In this document: positions 35,801-44,968 of the stretch, piece after piece | Layout of the letters: each line of letters begins with the position of its first letter | Numbering within the stretch: the stretch's first letter is position 1 | Made by a program: the position numbers and the translations under genes | The notes under the pieces: model-generated | Told to the model about the DNA's origin: nothing | The model's database searches: none | What the model saw: only the letters and a program-made list of their open reading frames with translations | Origin: a virus | Taxonomy: Duplodnaviria; Caudoviricetes | Strand: one strand, 5' to 3' | Length of the DNA: 64,000 bases | IMG/VR virus record: IMGVR_UViG_3300031857_000007

Positions 35801-38667
35801 ATTCCATCCTGTTTTCCTGAAATATATTCTTGAACTTCTTGACTCTTGTAGATATAATATGTTCCAGAGTATCTTTTCTTCTTAAAATATGGAAGAGATA
35901 CATTTCTAGAAGAGTTATTATTCGTATAGGATCCTGGATCTTTGCTTAAGGCAATACTAAAATGCTTAGAACTACTAATTCCAGTAACAGTGAAAGTTCC
36001 ATTAAATCCAGTATTTGCAATACCAGTCGTATTATTTGAACTGGTTATATTATTAATTTCAACCTCAGATCCAACTTTAAGGTTGTGTGGAATTTCTGTT
36101 AAAATGTTTGCAGTTCCAATGTTCCAACTTGCATTAGAAATTATTCTAAAGTTCCTTAATTCGGTTGAATTTGATAGACTTGCTGAAGAAGGATTAAACT
36201 GATATGCAACTTCAGAGTCTGTAGATCCTATTGACGTATTTGATTCTTGGATTACATATCCTTCAACAGGAGGTCTTGAAACAATTGTCGAATCGGAAGG
36301 AATTACATAACGAACTCTATAAATTGTATCATCTAGAGATCTATTATCAGGTTTTCTTGTGATAAATGTTCTAGGACTTGCCTGTCCAAGAGAAGTTGTT
36401 CCTGCACTAATAATTGTTGGATAAATTGAATTTTCGGTCGAAGCAGTTGCAACGTTGATATACCATTGGCTTCCATCCCATTGAATTGGGTGTCCAATAT
36501 CTCCCGACTTTTTATCGGATACTCTACTTATTACTTGAAGTATTCCACCCTTGCTATTAATAGTAATCTCATCATCATTGATAGCATCATTTAAAGTCTG
36601 TGCAAGTTTAAGTTGCTTACCATTGCTAATATTGCTGCCACTAGTAATTGCATAATAAATTTGATTATTCGAAATTCCATCTGGAATTTGACCAGTTTCA
36701 CTTATAACTCTTACAGATTCTCCATTAATAAACGAATGAGTTTGATTTAGTGTAATTACATTGCTTGTAATACTATTAATTCCAGTTACACTTCTATCAA
36801 CAACAAATATTTTTTCTGAGGTTGTCTCAGAAGAAGTGAATTGAGTATTCGGCATGATGACTCTAGCCGAATATTGTGTACTAATTCCGCCCGAAGAGAA
36901 AAGTACATTTAAATTTTCGTTTCTCTTAGAACCAATCCTGTAACCTTCTATTACACCTTCAGGAGGTGAAGATTGATTTGTCTCGTTATAAAGATAAAGG
37001 CGATTAGTTGAAGCAATACTTACAGTTTTTGCAATGTCAATTGATAAAAATTCAACACTAGTTTCTGTTGTTTCTAATTCTCTTGGAGGAATAATATGAG
37101 TTATATATCCAACATCATCTCTTCTAAAAGCTTCTTTTTGGTATCCAGAAGCAACTAGGGCTTTGGCACCAAAGTTTGAGTTTGAGTTTGTTATTGAAAG
37201 ATCTCCACCATCTTCAGCAATAAAATGTTGAGCATATCCAATAGCAAAAACAGAAACTACCTGAATAAATGCATTATTTGTTGCTTTAATATGGAAGTTT
37301 GAATATGTTGGTTTATATCTTGCTCTAGAGTCCGTGTGAATATTTTCATTTCCACTAGCAGTTTTATCATTAAATGTTCCACTAGTAGAGTTGTATTTTA
37401 CAAAAGCATTGTTGTCTTTTTGGAGTCCAATTCCTGTGAATTGGGCAACAACCATACTCTTAAATCCATCTGCCTTTTCTCCATCTGCCAACATTCCACA
37501 CATTCCATATACAGATCTCAATGAAATGTTAAAGATATATGGTGAGGAAGATGTAACAGTATCAACTAATATACTTAAAGTTGCTCCAGAAACAGAAGGA
37601 AGAGGATCTAGTGGAGAGTTCTGTACCTTATATTTTACCTGAGTATTACTAATAACTTCACTAAGAACATATTGTCCGTCATATCCAGGAGCATTTACAC
37701 CTTCAACTCTTATTGGAGTATCAACTTGTAATCCTGCATCATTAGTTTGAAGATCTACTGTAATAGTTGTAGTAGGTGTTATACCATCACCAGATCTAAT
37801 ACTGGTTATTCCAATTTCAGCACCTTTTGATCCAACAATTCTAAATTCATCAATCTTTGTTTGGATATCAATAGGATCTCCAACAAATTCTGGAGGAAGA
37901 GCTCTTCCACTTGTCGAACCATAAACTGCTCCGACCTTTTCATAATACATGTCAAGGTCAGTTTTCTCTGAATAATAAGATAAGAATGCGTCTTCAATTT
38001 CTACCTTATTGACACCATCTGCATATTCAAAACATGAAAGTTTATGATGAGAAAAATTGGGAACAAAGACATTGCTTGTATAATCTTTATATACAACATC
38101 ATTTGGATCAGCGTCAAAAATACTGAACTGCCAAATATAACAAGAACCTGTTACCCTAAAAATACAAGATCTTTCAATATTATCATTCTCTGGATTTGGT
38201 ACATACTTTGGTCGGATCTTAGTCTTTCTTAAATCCAATCCAACAATTGAAGTTCCTCTTGGAACAATAACACCACCGTGAATACTATTAAGTTTATATA
38301 AAGTATTATCTTCAGTAGCTAGATCAAAATTAGTTTGAGAATCAAACGGAGACAAGTCATTAGTTGTTCCTCCATTTCTCAGAGTATAATCATTTATATT
38401 ATTGACAAGATATCCAGGTCTATTATCAACTAAGTGTTCACCTGGATATAATAAAATTGTTGTTTTACCAAATCTATCATTATCTCTTCCCTTTTGATAA
38501 GAAAATCTTGCTGCCTCAACTAAAGCTCTTTGGATTGTTTTAAAGGGCCTCGTGAGAGAATTACCTTGATTTTCTACACCATCTGTTGCGTCAATACTCG
38601 AAGGATCGACGTAGAGAATTGTTCCTTTTGTATTCTTAAGAAAATTATCTAAGCGACTAAGACCCAT
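32800..38667 (-). CDS. large tail fibre/structural protein with C-terminal S74-type chaperone
   Basis: MGLSRLDNFLKN...PFKTIQRAL.EAARFSY N-terminus recalled from cyanomyoviruses; SSDINLKKNI...IGLIAQEVE C-terminus. Confidence 0.8.
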   Translation of the reverse strand: MGLSRLDNFLKNTKGTILYVDPSSIDATDGVENQGNSLTRPFKTIQRALVEAARFSYQKGRDNDRFGKTTILLYPGEHLVDNRPGYLVNNINDYTLRNGGTTNDLSPFDSQTNFDLATEDNTLYKLNSIHGGVIVPRGTSIVGLDLRKTKIRPKYVPNPENDNIERSCIFRVTGSCYIWQFSIFDADPNDVVYKDYTSNVFVPNFSHHKLSCFEYADGVNKVEIEDAFLSYYSEKTDLDMYYEKVGAVYGSTSGRALPPEFVGDPIDIQTKIDEFRIVGSKGAEIGITSIRSGDGITPTTTITVDLQTNDAGLQVDTPIRVEGVNAPGYDGQYVLSEVISNTQVKYKVQNSPLDPLPSVSGATLSILVDTVTSSSPYIFNISLRSVYGMCGMLADGEKADGFKSMVVAQFTGIGLQKDNNAFVKYNSTSGTFNDKTASGNENIHTDSRARYKPTYSNFHIKATNNAFIQVVSVFAIGYAQHFIAEDGGDLSITNSNSNFGAKALVASGYQKEAFRRDDVGYITHIIPPRELETTETSVEFLSIDIAKTVSIASTNRLYLYNETNQSSPPEGVIEGYRIGSKRNENLNVLFSSGGISTQYSARVIMPNTQFTSSETTSEKIFVVDRSVTGINSITSNVITLNQTHSFINGESVRVISETGQIPDGISNNQIYYAITSGSNISNGKQLKLAQTLNDAINDDEITINSKGGILQVISRVSDKKSGDIGHPIQWDGSQWYINVATASTENSIYPTIISAGTTSLGQASPRTFITRKPDNRSLDDTIYRVRYVIPSDSTIVSRPPVEGYVIQESNTSIGSTDSEVAYQFNPSSASLSNSTELRNFRIISNASWNIGTANILTEIPHNLKVGSEVEINNITSSNNTTGIANTGFNGTFTVTGISSSKHFSIALSKDPGSYTNNNSSRNVSLPYFKKKRYSGTYYIYKSQEVQEYISGKQDGIYHLHIVNSSNSPTSSPFTGYRFSQPLQNLYPQLDRDNPISDPQSATCFALSEPAGQVIVNNSQYSITKETIEKLSHDNNIGIGLTNIISNVAGTAHTFFTSYDHGLNGITKVGIVSSGYAYGSGSSGTLYNARLVGLAGSVTGINATARISFDTAGKLTNVFIINGGSGYGIGNSLAVVGVATTSGHIIGIVSVTATTNNINDTLVLSGISSLSYKDYNTSYRITGISTRTITVESSSPISGVSTITGIGITASLYSEAILTGKTLGITTIAYNPVTGLATVTTDQNHGLFTNNKVRFSGANSSVFNGDFVIKSVVGLTTFIANIGVGTANYDTSGTKYLYRLGYTSNAGIIKRDDENLSGRLISEYAGITTTLQSTISSQTTTTISIVNVENLNLQIGDFLQINDEILRIKTTVTGNPVTVFRGVLGSRRQTHEAGSVIRRIRPIPVELRRNSIIRASGHTFEYVGYGPGNYSSSLPERQDRQITPQEEILSQSTKIDGGINYYNGMNDKGITYSGNKKVNSSTGQEEVFDTPIATVVGEDIISNDINVGFNVINPLEATISRSIRVEGGIDGNIISKFDGPVVFNNKLTSNSTKGIEASSLLLQGDVQVSRKYTVGISTPTAASNPGDVVYNGNPLSGGSVGWIYTQNNRWETFGNIADNGLLTNFLTIGISSNYNYVGLATLINFVGTGISIAHYYDNTTGITTLTFFSSSVAPATLNVAGVSTFNNNSIFNSGINVVSGVSTFSDPVNFAKEVNLSQRLIANNIRSTGITTLPNLDLSTVISGITTFNGDVSIGSSTRASDSYVRVLAGDNNIAGFEAHGSVQGTGYMFVGQSSIYGGGVYYNGDGTPGFATGETSDEISFYRKDNSTNEVVFSYPYNSNSVTFRGSITAPFVSVSGIVTASDFNSSSDINLKKNIEPLQNSLDKIAQLQGVSFEWKSTEEKSIGLIAQEVEKIFPEMIGESEDGFKTIRYNNLIAVLIEAVKELREEVNELKKQ

Positions 38668-38697
38668 TTTATTGCTATGAGAAGTTCCGTTATAGAT

Positions 38698-38704
38698 TAT
38701 TTAT
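38698..38704 (-). promoter_or_regulatory. T4-like late promoter ATAAATA
   Basis: 31 nt upstream of the start at 38667. Confidence 0.55.
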
Positions 38705-38713
38705 CATACAACG

Positions 38714-38737
38714 AAACCCCCCTTAAAGGGAGGTTTT
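38714..38737 (-). terminator. probable intrinsic terminator after the Mom-like gene
   Basis: CCUCCC-UUUAA-GGGGGG then UUUCGUU. Confidence 0.5.
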
Positions 38738-38773
38738 GAAGTCACACGGAAGGGAGTTTGGTTTTGTATCGCC

Positions 38774-39394
38774 TTAACTATTATACCACATCTCTTCTTT
38801 CCAAGTCAACCTTTCTTGAAGTTTTTTGTCGAATACCATAAGATATCTGTGCTTTCTACTTCGTTCTCTCCATTCTCCTTCAGCACCTTTTACTTTTCCA
38901 CGAGAGTGTTTAGTTCCGTCTGAATAATAGAAATCTTTTTTTCGATCCGTGAGACCGTAATACTTAAAGTTGCAAGCACGATAAGTTGTACCAGAATGGA
39001 AATCTGAATCAGCATAAGAAAGGATTGCTTTAACCTCAGTATCTTTCCGAAGTTGTCTAATCGCCCGTGACACAAACCAAGAAGTGATGTTATATTCGCA
39101 TGACTGCGTACTAGGTTCGATGCAAAGTCTTGAGAGTTCGAAAAGTCCTTGTTGTTCATTTCTTTCAAGTCCAAATGCTCCTTTTGCAATCTCAGGTACA
39201 GGCAATCCAGTGAATATACAAACTCCTTTAATTCCACCAATATTTAATGGCGCGAAATAATTATTTTCAAAGAGACCATAGTTATACCCCGACTTAAATC
39301 CCTTTGAAAAATCTTTGAGGTAATGATATTGTAATAAAAGTTCCTTTGCTTGTTGTTTATTTACTTTATCAATATAGAAATCACTCTTTGCCAT
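38774..39394 (-). CDS. Mom-like DNA adenine-modification (GNAT-fold) protein
   Basis: YHYL, GVCIF, FELSRLCI, SWFVSRAIRQL, SYADS..HSGT.YRACNF.Y.G. Confidence 0.7.
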   Translation of the reverse strand: MAKSDFYIDKVNKQQAKELLLQYHYLKDFSKGFKSGYNYGLFENNYFAPLNIGGIKGVCIFTGLPVPEIAKGAFGLERNEQQGLFELSRLCIEPSTQSCEYNITSWFVSRAIRQLRKDTEVKAILSYADSDFHSGTTYRACNFKYYGLTDRKKDFYYSDGTKHSRGKVKGAEGEWRERSRKHRYLMVFDKKLQERLTWKEEMWYNS

Positions 39395-39548
39395 TCATTA
39401 GATATTCTACAGTAGTTGCAACATCATTCATAGCATCACGAAGATTTGGTTGCTGTCCAGATTCTTGTTTTATGATAGGTCTTGCGTCGTCAGTTAAAGT
39501 CCAACGCCACTGATTCATATCATTACAATACCAGAGATTAATTTTCAT
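39381..39548 (-). CDS. hypothetical protein (55 aa)
   Basis: Manually read MKINLWYCNDMNQWRWTLTD... Confidence 0.6.
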   Translation of the reverse strand: MKINLWYCNDMNQWRWTLTDDARPIIKQESGQQPNLRDAMNDVATTVEYLMNGKE

Positions 39549-39693
39549 TTTTTTGATATTCTAGTTTTACCCAATTTAGAAGAGCATTTAATTCCATTCT
39601 TTTCTCTTCGCTCATATCAATTCCTTTGCTAAAGAGATAGAAATCAAGTGCTTCGATTGTGGTTTTTCTATCTTGTTGTGAAATAAGTGACAT
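39538..39693 (-). CDS. hypothetical protein (51 aa)
   Basis: Manually read MSLISQQDRKTTIEALDFY... Confidence 0.6.
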   Translation of the reverse strand: MSLISQQDRKTTIEALDFYLFSKGIDMSEEKRMELNALLNWVKLEYQKNEN

Positions 39694-39713
39694 TTGGAGT
39701 TTTATAGAACTCA

Positions 39714-39786
39714 AGCCCCCGACAAGACTTGAACTTGCGACAACCGCTTTACAAAAGCGGTGCTCTACCAGCTGAGCTACAAGGGC
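39714..39786 (-). tRNA. trnT: tRNA-Thr(UGU)
   Basis: Cloverleaf; anticodon arm CCGCT-TTTGTAA-AGCGG; GTTCAAG T-loop. Confidence 0.92.
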
Positions 39787-39788
39787 AA

Positions 39789-40058
39789 TTAATCGACAGG
39801 TAACATTTCAGGATTTTCTAGATCTAGTTCAAACATTAGAGGATGACATAGTTCATCAATTAAATAAAAAGATGATTTATATAAATCATCTGGTTCAAAC
39901 CTTCTTTCTTTATCTGCCAATTCTATGACTTCCAGATCGTATTGATAACTATCAGGAACATCATCAAAAGTAAATGGTATTTGATTTATGAAATACATTA
40001 GAACTATTTGTGCTCCTTTATTATACCAAACGTATCTGGCATCTATTCTGTATTTCAT
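39789..40058 (-). CDS. hypothetical protein
   Basis: ORF between tRNAs; CTAAATA at 40081-40087 upstream. Confidence 0.7.
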   Translation of the reverse strand: MKYRIDARYVWYNKGAQIVLMYFINQIPFTFDDVPDSYQYDLEVIELADKERRFEPDDLYKSSFYLIDELCHPLMFELDLENPEMLPVD

Positions 40059-40107
40059 AGGAGAACCTCCTACTTTTTTATATTTAGAGATTGTTTAAAA
40101 CCTCTAA

Positions 40108-40191
40108 TAGGAACGGGGAGACTTGAACTCCCACGAGCAAATGCCCAACTGATTTTAAGTCAGGTGCGTCTACCGATTCCGCCACGCTCCC
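40108..40191 (-). tRNA. trnL: tRNA-Leu(UAA)
   Basis: 84 nt with long variable arm; anticodon loop CTTAAAA. Confidence 0.92.
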
Positions 40192-40199
40192 ATGTATTT

Positions 40200-40274
40200 T
40201 GGTAGGACTGCTGAGACTTGAACTCAGTTCACACCGTTATAAGCAGTGGGCCTTAACCCATAGGCGACAGTCCC
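40200..40274 (-). tRNA. trnI: tRNA-Ile(UAU) with encoded CCA
   Basis: Anticodon arm CACTG-CTTATAA-CGGTG; acceptor GGGACTG/CAGTCCT-ACCA. Confidence 0.88.
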
Positions 40275-40282
40275 ATAAAAAC

Positions 40283-40462
40283 TCAAAAGAGATTGAGTTG
40301 ATTGTCAGATTCTACCACATAAGTTGGGGGATGTAAACGGCAGTATTCATTAAACGTAATCTTCATTTCTTTGTTGGTGAGATTACAGTTCTTTGCTGCC
40401 GTTGGAACATTCCATTTTGCTGTGAACAACATTTCCATTGATTCTCGTGTTTCAGGTCTCAT
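40283..40462 (-). CDS. hypothetical protein (59 aa)
   Basis: Manually read MRPETRESMEMLFTAKW... Confidence 0.6.
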   Translation of the reverse strand: MRPETRESMEMLFTAKWNVPTAAKNCNLTNKEMKITFNEYCRLHPPTYVVESDNQLNLF

Positions 40463-40641
40463 ACGGGACTTGTGTAAGAAAGGGTTTCTTCGTCAAGTGT
40501 TTCTCGAACAAACTTTAGCACATTCATAAACTCTTGTACAGTCTCACAGACCACTTCTTTTTCTGACCCTTCGTTGGAAAAAAGATGAACTTTTCTAGAG
40601 ATTGGATCGATCACACATCTAGTTAGATACTCATCATTCAT
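40459..40641 (-). CDS. hypothetical protein
   Basis: Start refined to MNDEYL, downstream of the promoter at 40669-40697. Confidence 0.65.
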   Translation of the reverse strand: MNDEYLTRCVIDPISRKVHLFSNEGSEKEVVCETVQEFMNVLKFVRETLDEETLSYTSPV

Positions 40642-40668
40642 TTGGTCGAATCCTTTGATTACCAAGTA

Positions 40669-40697
40669 ATCATACCACACCAGACCCTACCCGTCAA
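40669..40697 (-). promoter_or_regulatory. sigma70-like promoter for the tRNA region
   Basis: TTGACG-N17-TATGAT. Confidence 0.7.
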
Positions 40698-41421
40698 GAC
40701 CCCGAACGTCATAGTGATATCCAGAAATAGAATATTGAGTATTATCTCCTGGATAATTTTTTGGTGATGCACCTTCATATTCAATAATTAAAGGATCTCC
40801 GTCCATTCTTGAAGCATTTACCAAATAATAACAATCTATATTTGCTCCATTTCCAGATTTTAATATAATTTTTTGTCCCCATTCTATTTTTTCTACGATC
40901 AAATCTTGAGAATAACCAATTTGGGTTAATGAAACTGTAATTGTTTCTGGATCAATTAATCCATTCCAATAATCTGGCAAATTTATGACGTTAGAATTTG
41001 TGAGTCTTCCTCTAAAATAAACTCCTCCTTCAGGACCTTCCAAACAAATATGCCTTAGTCTATAATTTGGTTTATTTGGGTGTTTAATATCAAATCCTTT
41101 CCAAGACTGAACATTTATAGTTCCTTGAAAATTTGGTGCAGTTACTGTTCCTGAAAAATTTGTTTGTGATGCGTCAACAGTAAATGTTCCAATAGGTCCT
41201 GTGCTTCTTCCTAGAGTTACAGAACTTGTGTCATATCCATTGAGTTTTAAATATGCATAATCTGCGGTTGTGTTTAGTAGTACAACAGCAACATCATTTA
41301 AATTGAAGTCGCTACCAAAATCGTCCTTTTTCCACCAGTTTGGCTCACTGTCGTCAAAATTATAATCTCCATTGCCAGGTCCAGTTAGAACTGCATATTT
41401 TTTAAAATCAAACAAAGTCAT
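40687..41421 (-). CDS. putative structural protein with FDIKHP...LEGPE C-terminal domain
   Basis: C-terminal domain shared with 41418-42092. Confidence 0.65.
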   Translation of the reverse strand: MTLFDFKKYAVLTGPGNGDYNFDDSEPNWWKKDDFGSDFNLNDVAVVLLNTTADYAYLKLNGYDTSSVTLGRSTGPIGTFTVDASQTNFSGTVTAPNFQGTINVQSWKGFDIKHPNKPNYRLRHICLEGPEGGVYFRGRLTNSNVINLPDYWNGLIDPETITVSLTQIGYSQDLIVEKIEWGQKIILKSGNGANIDCYYLVNASRMDGDPLIIEYEGASPKNYPGDNTQYSISGYHYDVRGLDG

Positions 41422-42092
41422 TTTTTCAAAACCTCAACTTGTAATTTTGGAACGTCAACTCTCTCTGCATAAACATGATAAAAACAATCAATGGGAATAC
41501 CAGATTTTGATTGTAAGAATATTTTATTTTCTCCTATTCTTTTTACAATAATATCCTGATGAGCGCCAATTGGTTGCAATTGAACAGTAATTGATTGTGG
41601 GTTTATTAATTTTGTCCAATAATTTGGAAGATTAATTTCTGTTTTGTTAGTTATTCTACCTCTAACATAAACGCCAATTTCTGGACCTTCCAGACATGAA
41701 TGGACCAAATTTTGTCTTTCTGGATCTAATGGGTGATCTATTTCAAAGTTTTTAACTCCAGCTTTTAATACAGAAGTTAATATTACATGAGATTTTATAT
41801 ACTTAACTGATAGTAAATAATCAATCTTCAAATATCCTTTAATTCTAGCAAAAGTTTTTACAAATAAAGAATAAAATGGCAAAGGCTTCATATCAATATT
41901 TGTTGTTTCTGTACAAGTTACTGTACCAAACTCTGTTGGAATCGGTTTTGATACTGATGATGGATCACCAACAAATTCAGGTCCTTGAATAAAGGCAGAT
42001 CCTCTTACAACTCTCCTTCCTCTGCCTAAAATTTCTGGTCTTCCTAGACCACAAAAAAGTTGTCTTCCTATTGCTAAATCTGGAACTTTCAT
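41418..42092 (-). CDS. putative structural protein with FEIDHP...LEGPE C-terminal domain
   Basis: Paralogous C-terminus; downstream of gp5. Confidence 0.65.
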   Translation of the reverse strand: MKVPDLAIGRQLFCGLGRPEILGRGRRVVRGSAFIQGPEFVGDPSSVSKPIPTEFGTVTCTETTNIDMKPLPFYSLFVKTFARIKGYLKIDYLLSVKYIKSHVILTSVLKAGVKNFEIDHPLDPERQNLVHSCLEGPEIGVYVRGRITNKTEINLPNYWTKLINPQSITVQLQPIGAHQDIIVKRIGENKIFLQSKSGIPIDCFYHVYAERVDVPKLQVEVLKK

Positions 42093-42098
42093 AATTTT

Positions 42099-42665
42099 TT
42101 ACTGATTTTCGTCTTCGTTTTCTGATTTGAGTAGAGACCTGACATTCACAGTCGCACCATCTGCACAATCAATGAATCCAGAATATATATCCAAATAATT
42201 TTGAGATATAATTTTTGTACTTCCTGAAGAAAAGAATCTAGATGCAGTGCTAGATTTAATCTTAACATTGTTACCTGTTATATTTACTGCTTCATTTCCG
42301 TGGATATTTACAACACCATTTTTATTATCACCACCAGTTGCAATTATATCAATATTTTCTGCATTAATTCTTATCCTACCTCTCGGAGCATTTAACCAAA
42401 GATCTCCATTTAAAGCTTCGACAACAACCGCAAATTGATTTTTCTTAGTGTCTCTGCCTGCCTGAACAGTAAAAGTTCCTGGACATACATTTGTTGTCCA
42501 ACCTTTTCTTTTACTGTCGGAATCAAATTGCATGTAATGTTCGCTATCATATCCACTTCTAACCATAAAGGAAGATAGAACATTATCTTCGTGTATATGA
42601 CCAAACTTTATTTCGCCATCCTTATTTCCGTATCTGATTGTATGATAATTTTCTTTTTTTGCCAT
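42099..42665 (-). CDS. gp5-associated beta-rich baseplate protein (putative)
   Basis: Coupled to gp5; INAENIDI.A.G type repeats. Confidence 0.55.
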   Translation of the reverse strand: MAKKENYHTIRYGNKDGEIKFGHIHEDNVLSSFMVRSGYDSEHYMQFDSDSKRKGWTTNVCPGTFTVQAGRDTKKNQFAVVVEALNGDLWLNAPRGRIRINAENIDIIATGGDNKNGVVNIHGNEAVNITGNNVKIKSSTASRFFSSGSTKIISQNYLDIYSGFIDCADGATVNVRSLLKSENEDENQ

Positions 42666-44968
42666 TATACTCTACCTACACAATCGACTACGCTTAAAAT
42701 TGAATTTGGAGAAACTTGATCTACTTCGTCTTGCAATTCATCTCCAATTCTTCTAATACAAAGAACAGGTAATAATTCTGCATTATAACCTGTTTCAGTT
42801 TCAATTGCAAATATTGGTCTTTCTTTGTAACCAATACCACTATTTTTAACTAATACTTTTTCTATAGATCCAGATGAATCAAGGACGAGTTCTAAATCTG
42901 CTCCATTATTTGGTGTAACTGTTATTTTGTCATTCTTTGAATAGTTAATTCCACTATTTTGAACAACAACTTCACACAGATATAGAACTACTGGGTAAAC
43001 TCCTTCGGAACTTGTTGGATAATTGTCTAGATTTCTTGGAGAAATTGGAGAATTTTGTGTTGAAATGGTTACCGTCGATTTGTTATTTGCCACTATTTTT
43101 TCACCAGGAGGTATTGAAATGGTTCCAATTTCTTGATTATCTTCGTCCAAGATAATACCACTCGCACCAATAGAATCTCTTGGAACATATATTTCATCTC
43201 CAGGATTCAACTCAACAGTTTCTCCGAGATCATATGGAGTATCATATGTTCCATCAGATCTAAAAACAATCGCTTGATCTGGTCTTGCCCATTCTCTATC
43301 ATCACCACCAAGACTTCCATCAGGTGCGGGAAGATAATCTGTTCCAGGATCAGTTATTACAACATCACTAACGGTTCCGTCATCGTTTATTCTAACATAT
43401 CCAGTTGCACCATCACCCTTTCCACAATCGTCTTTAAAGGATATAAAAGGAGGGTTAGTGTAACCTTGTCCAGGAGTTATAATATCTACACCTATTATAT
43501 CGCCAATAGCACTAACTATCACATTTCCAGATGCTCCGGATCCACCTCCACCATAAAACTCTACTTTTGGTGGACCACAAAATACGGGACCAACATTGCA
43601 AGTATCTTGAAAGATATCAGAGAAATCCATATTAAAATTAAAGTTATCTAAGTTTGCTGCATTTTTGACGGATAATCCAATACTTTTTGCTTTATTGAAA
43701 ATAGAATTTATATCTACAGTTATATTTCCGCCATTATTACCAGCTCCGTCCCATATACTCCACTGATCAATTTCTGGACATGAAGATTTTTCATCACAAG
43801 AAATAAAAGATAATATTTGTCTTAATGTTCCAAAAATCTCTTCGCCCAAACTTATTGCAGTCCCTAATATTGCATTAATAGGACCCAATGCAGAGTCAAC
43901 AAGACCACTTATCAATCCAAAAATTTTTCCTAGAATAGAAGCTATAATATTTTCAACTGCACATAAAGGAACATTTATGAATCTATCAATAAGTTTTTCC
44001 AAAAGAGATATTAGCATATTAATAAGATTGCTAATAATCTTATTAAAAATACATGAAATAGAATTGACTGCCTTTTTAGTAGCCTTTAAAAGGTCATCTC
44101 TTTCATTTGGAAATAGATAATCATGAAATTCTTTTAACCTATCAACAGTTTGTTCTAAGACAAATTCTCTAATGCCATTGATAATATTTTTGAAAAATTT
44201 AGATACGTCCTCAGCAGCTTCTCTAAGTATTCTTTGAATATCTCCTTGTAAGTTTGAAACTGAAGATTGCCAAGATTTAAGTTTTGAATTGACATCTTGA
44301 ATTTTTTGTATTGCTTTTTGCAATGCTAATTGAATTCCCTTAGCATCATTTCCACCACAAGCAGATACCTTCGCTGCAGAACTTTTCTTTTTCCCAGCTT
44401 TTTTCTGTTGCTGATCTGCAATATTTGTTCTATTTGAAGAAGATGCTGTTCCTCCTTCTATTGGTTTAGAATTGTTTGTTGCCTTTCCACCACTTCCCTC
44501 TGCAGGTATTCCATATACGGGAACAGTTTCTCCCGATAGTCCACTAAAAGGTTCGAATCCACTCTGACCTTGTTTATATTTTAGTGGAGTTTGATCGTTA
44601 TTTGCCAAACAACCAATGATAATTGGTTCATTTGCGTCTCTTCCGTCCTTGAAGAATCCTATTACAATCGTACCCTTTCTAATATTTGGGGACTGATATG
44701 AAAGTGCATGACCACTACCTCCAGTGACAGGAAGCATCACTTCACACATTTCTAAATCATTATCAGAAAGACTGCTTTTTGTCTCAGCATGTCTTCCAAC
44801 AATTCTTACTTTATATCTGCTTCCCCATCCAGGAAGTTGTCCAGACTCTTTCCACTTCGATCTTAATTCATTTGTCTTCCAGACTTTATCATCAACAACT
44901 TCCCCAATCCACCAATAAAAACCATTACCACCAATTACTTCAGGGTTAAAAACTGCACTATCTGTCAT
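42665..44968 (-). CDS. gp5: baseplate hub/spike protein gp5-like (no lysozyme domain seen)
   Basis: WWIGEVVDD...RYKVRIVGRH...GFF.DG..A.EP.I.G OB-fold motifs. Confidence 0.75.
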   Translation of the reverse strand: MTDSAVFNPEVIGGNGFYWWIGEVVDDKVWKTNELRSKWKESGQLPGWGSRYKVRIVGRHAETKSSLSDNDLEMCEVMLPVTGGSGHALSYQSPNIRKGTIVIGFFKDGRDANEPIIIGCLANNDQTPLKYKQGQSGFEPFSGLSGETVPVYGIPAEGSGGKATNNSKPIEGGTASSSNRTNIADQQQKKAGKKKSSAAKVSACGGNDAKGIQLALQKAIQKIQDVNSKLKSWQSSVSNLQGDIQRILREAAEDVSKFFKNIINGIREFVLEQTVDRLKEFHDYLFPNERDDLLKATKKAVNSISCIFNKIISNLINMLISLLEKLIDRFINVPLCAVENIIASILGKIFGLISGLVDSALGPINAILGTAISLGEEIFGTLRQILSFISCDEKSSCPEIDQWSIWDGAGNNGGNITVDINSIFNKAKSIGLSVKNAANLDNFNFNMDFSDIFQDTCNVGPVFCGPPKVEFYGGGGSGASGNVIVSAIGDIIGVDIITPGQGYTNPPFISFKDDCGKGDGATGYVRINDDGTVSDVVITDPGTDYLPAPDGSLGGDDREWARPDQAIVFRSDGTYDTPYDLGETVELNPGDEIYVPRDSIGASGIILDEDNQEIGTISIPPGEKIVANNKSTVTISTQNSPISPRNLDNYPTSSEGVYPVVLYLCEVVVQNSGINYSKNDKITVTPNNGADLELVLDSSGSIEKVLVKNSGIGYKERPIFAIETETGYNAELLPVLCIRRIGDELQDEVDQVSPNSILSVVDCVGRV

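Noticed and set aside
40008-40205. Plus-strand 65-aa ORF
   Set aside because: Antisense to tRNA-Leu
42665-44968. T4-type lysozyme domain in gp5
   Set aside because: No lysozyme catalytic motif was recognisable between the OB-fold and the C-terminal repeats
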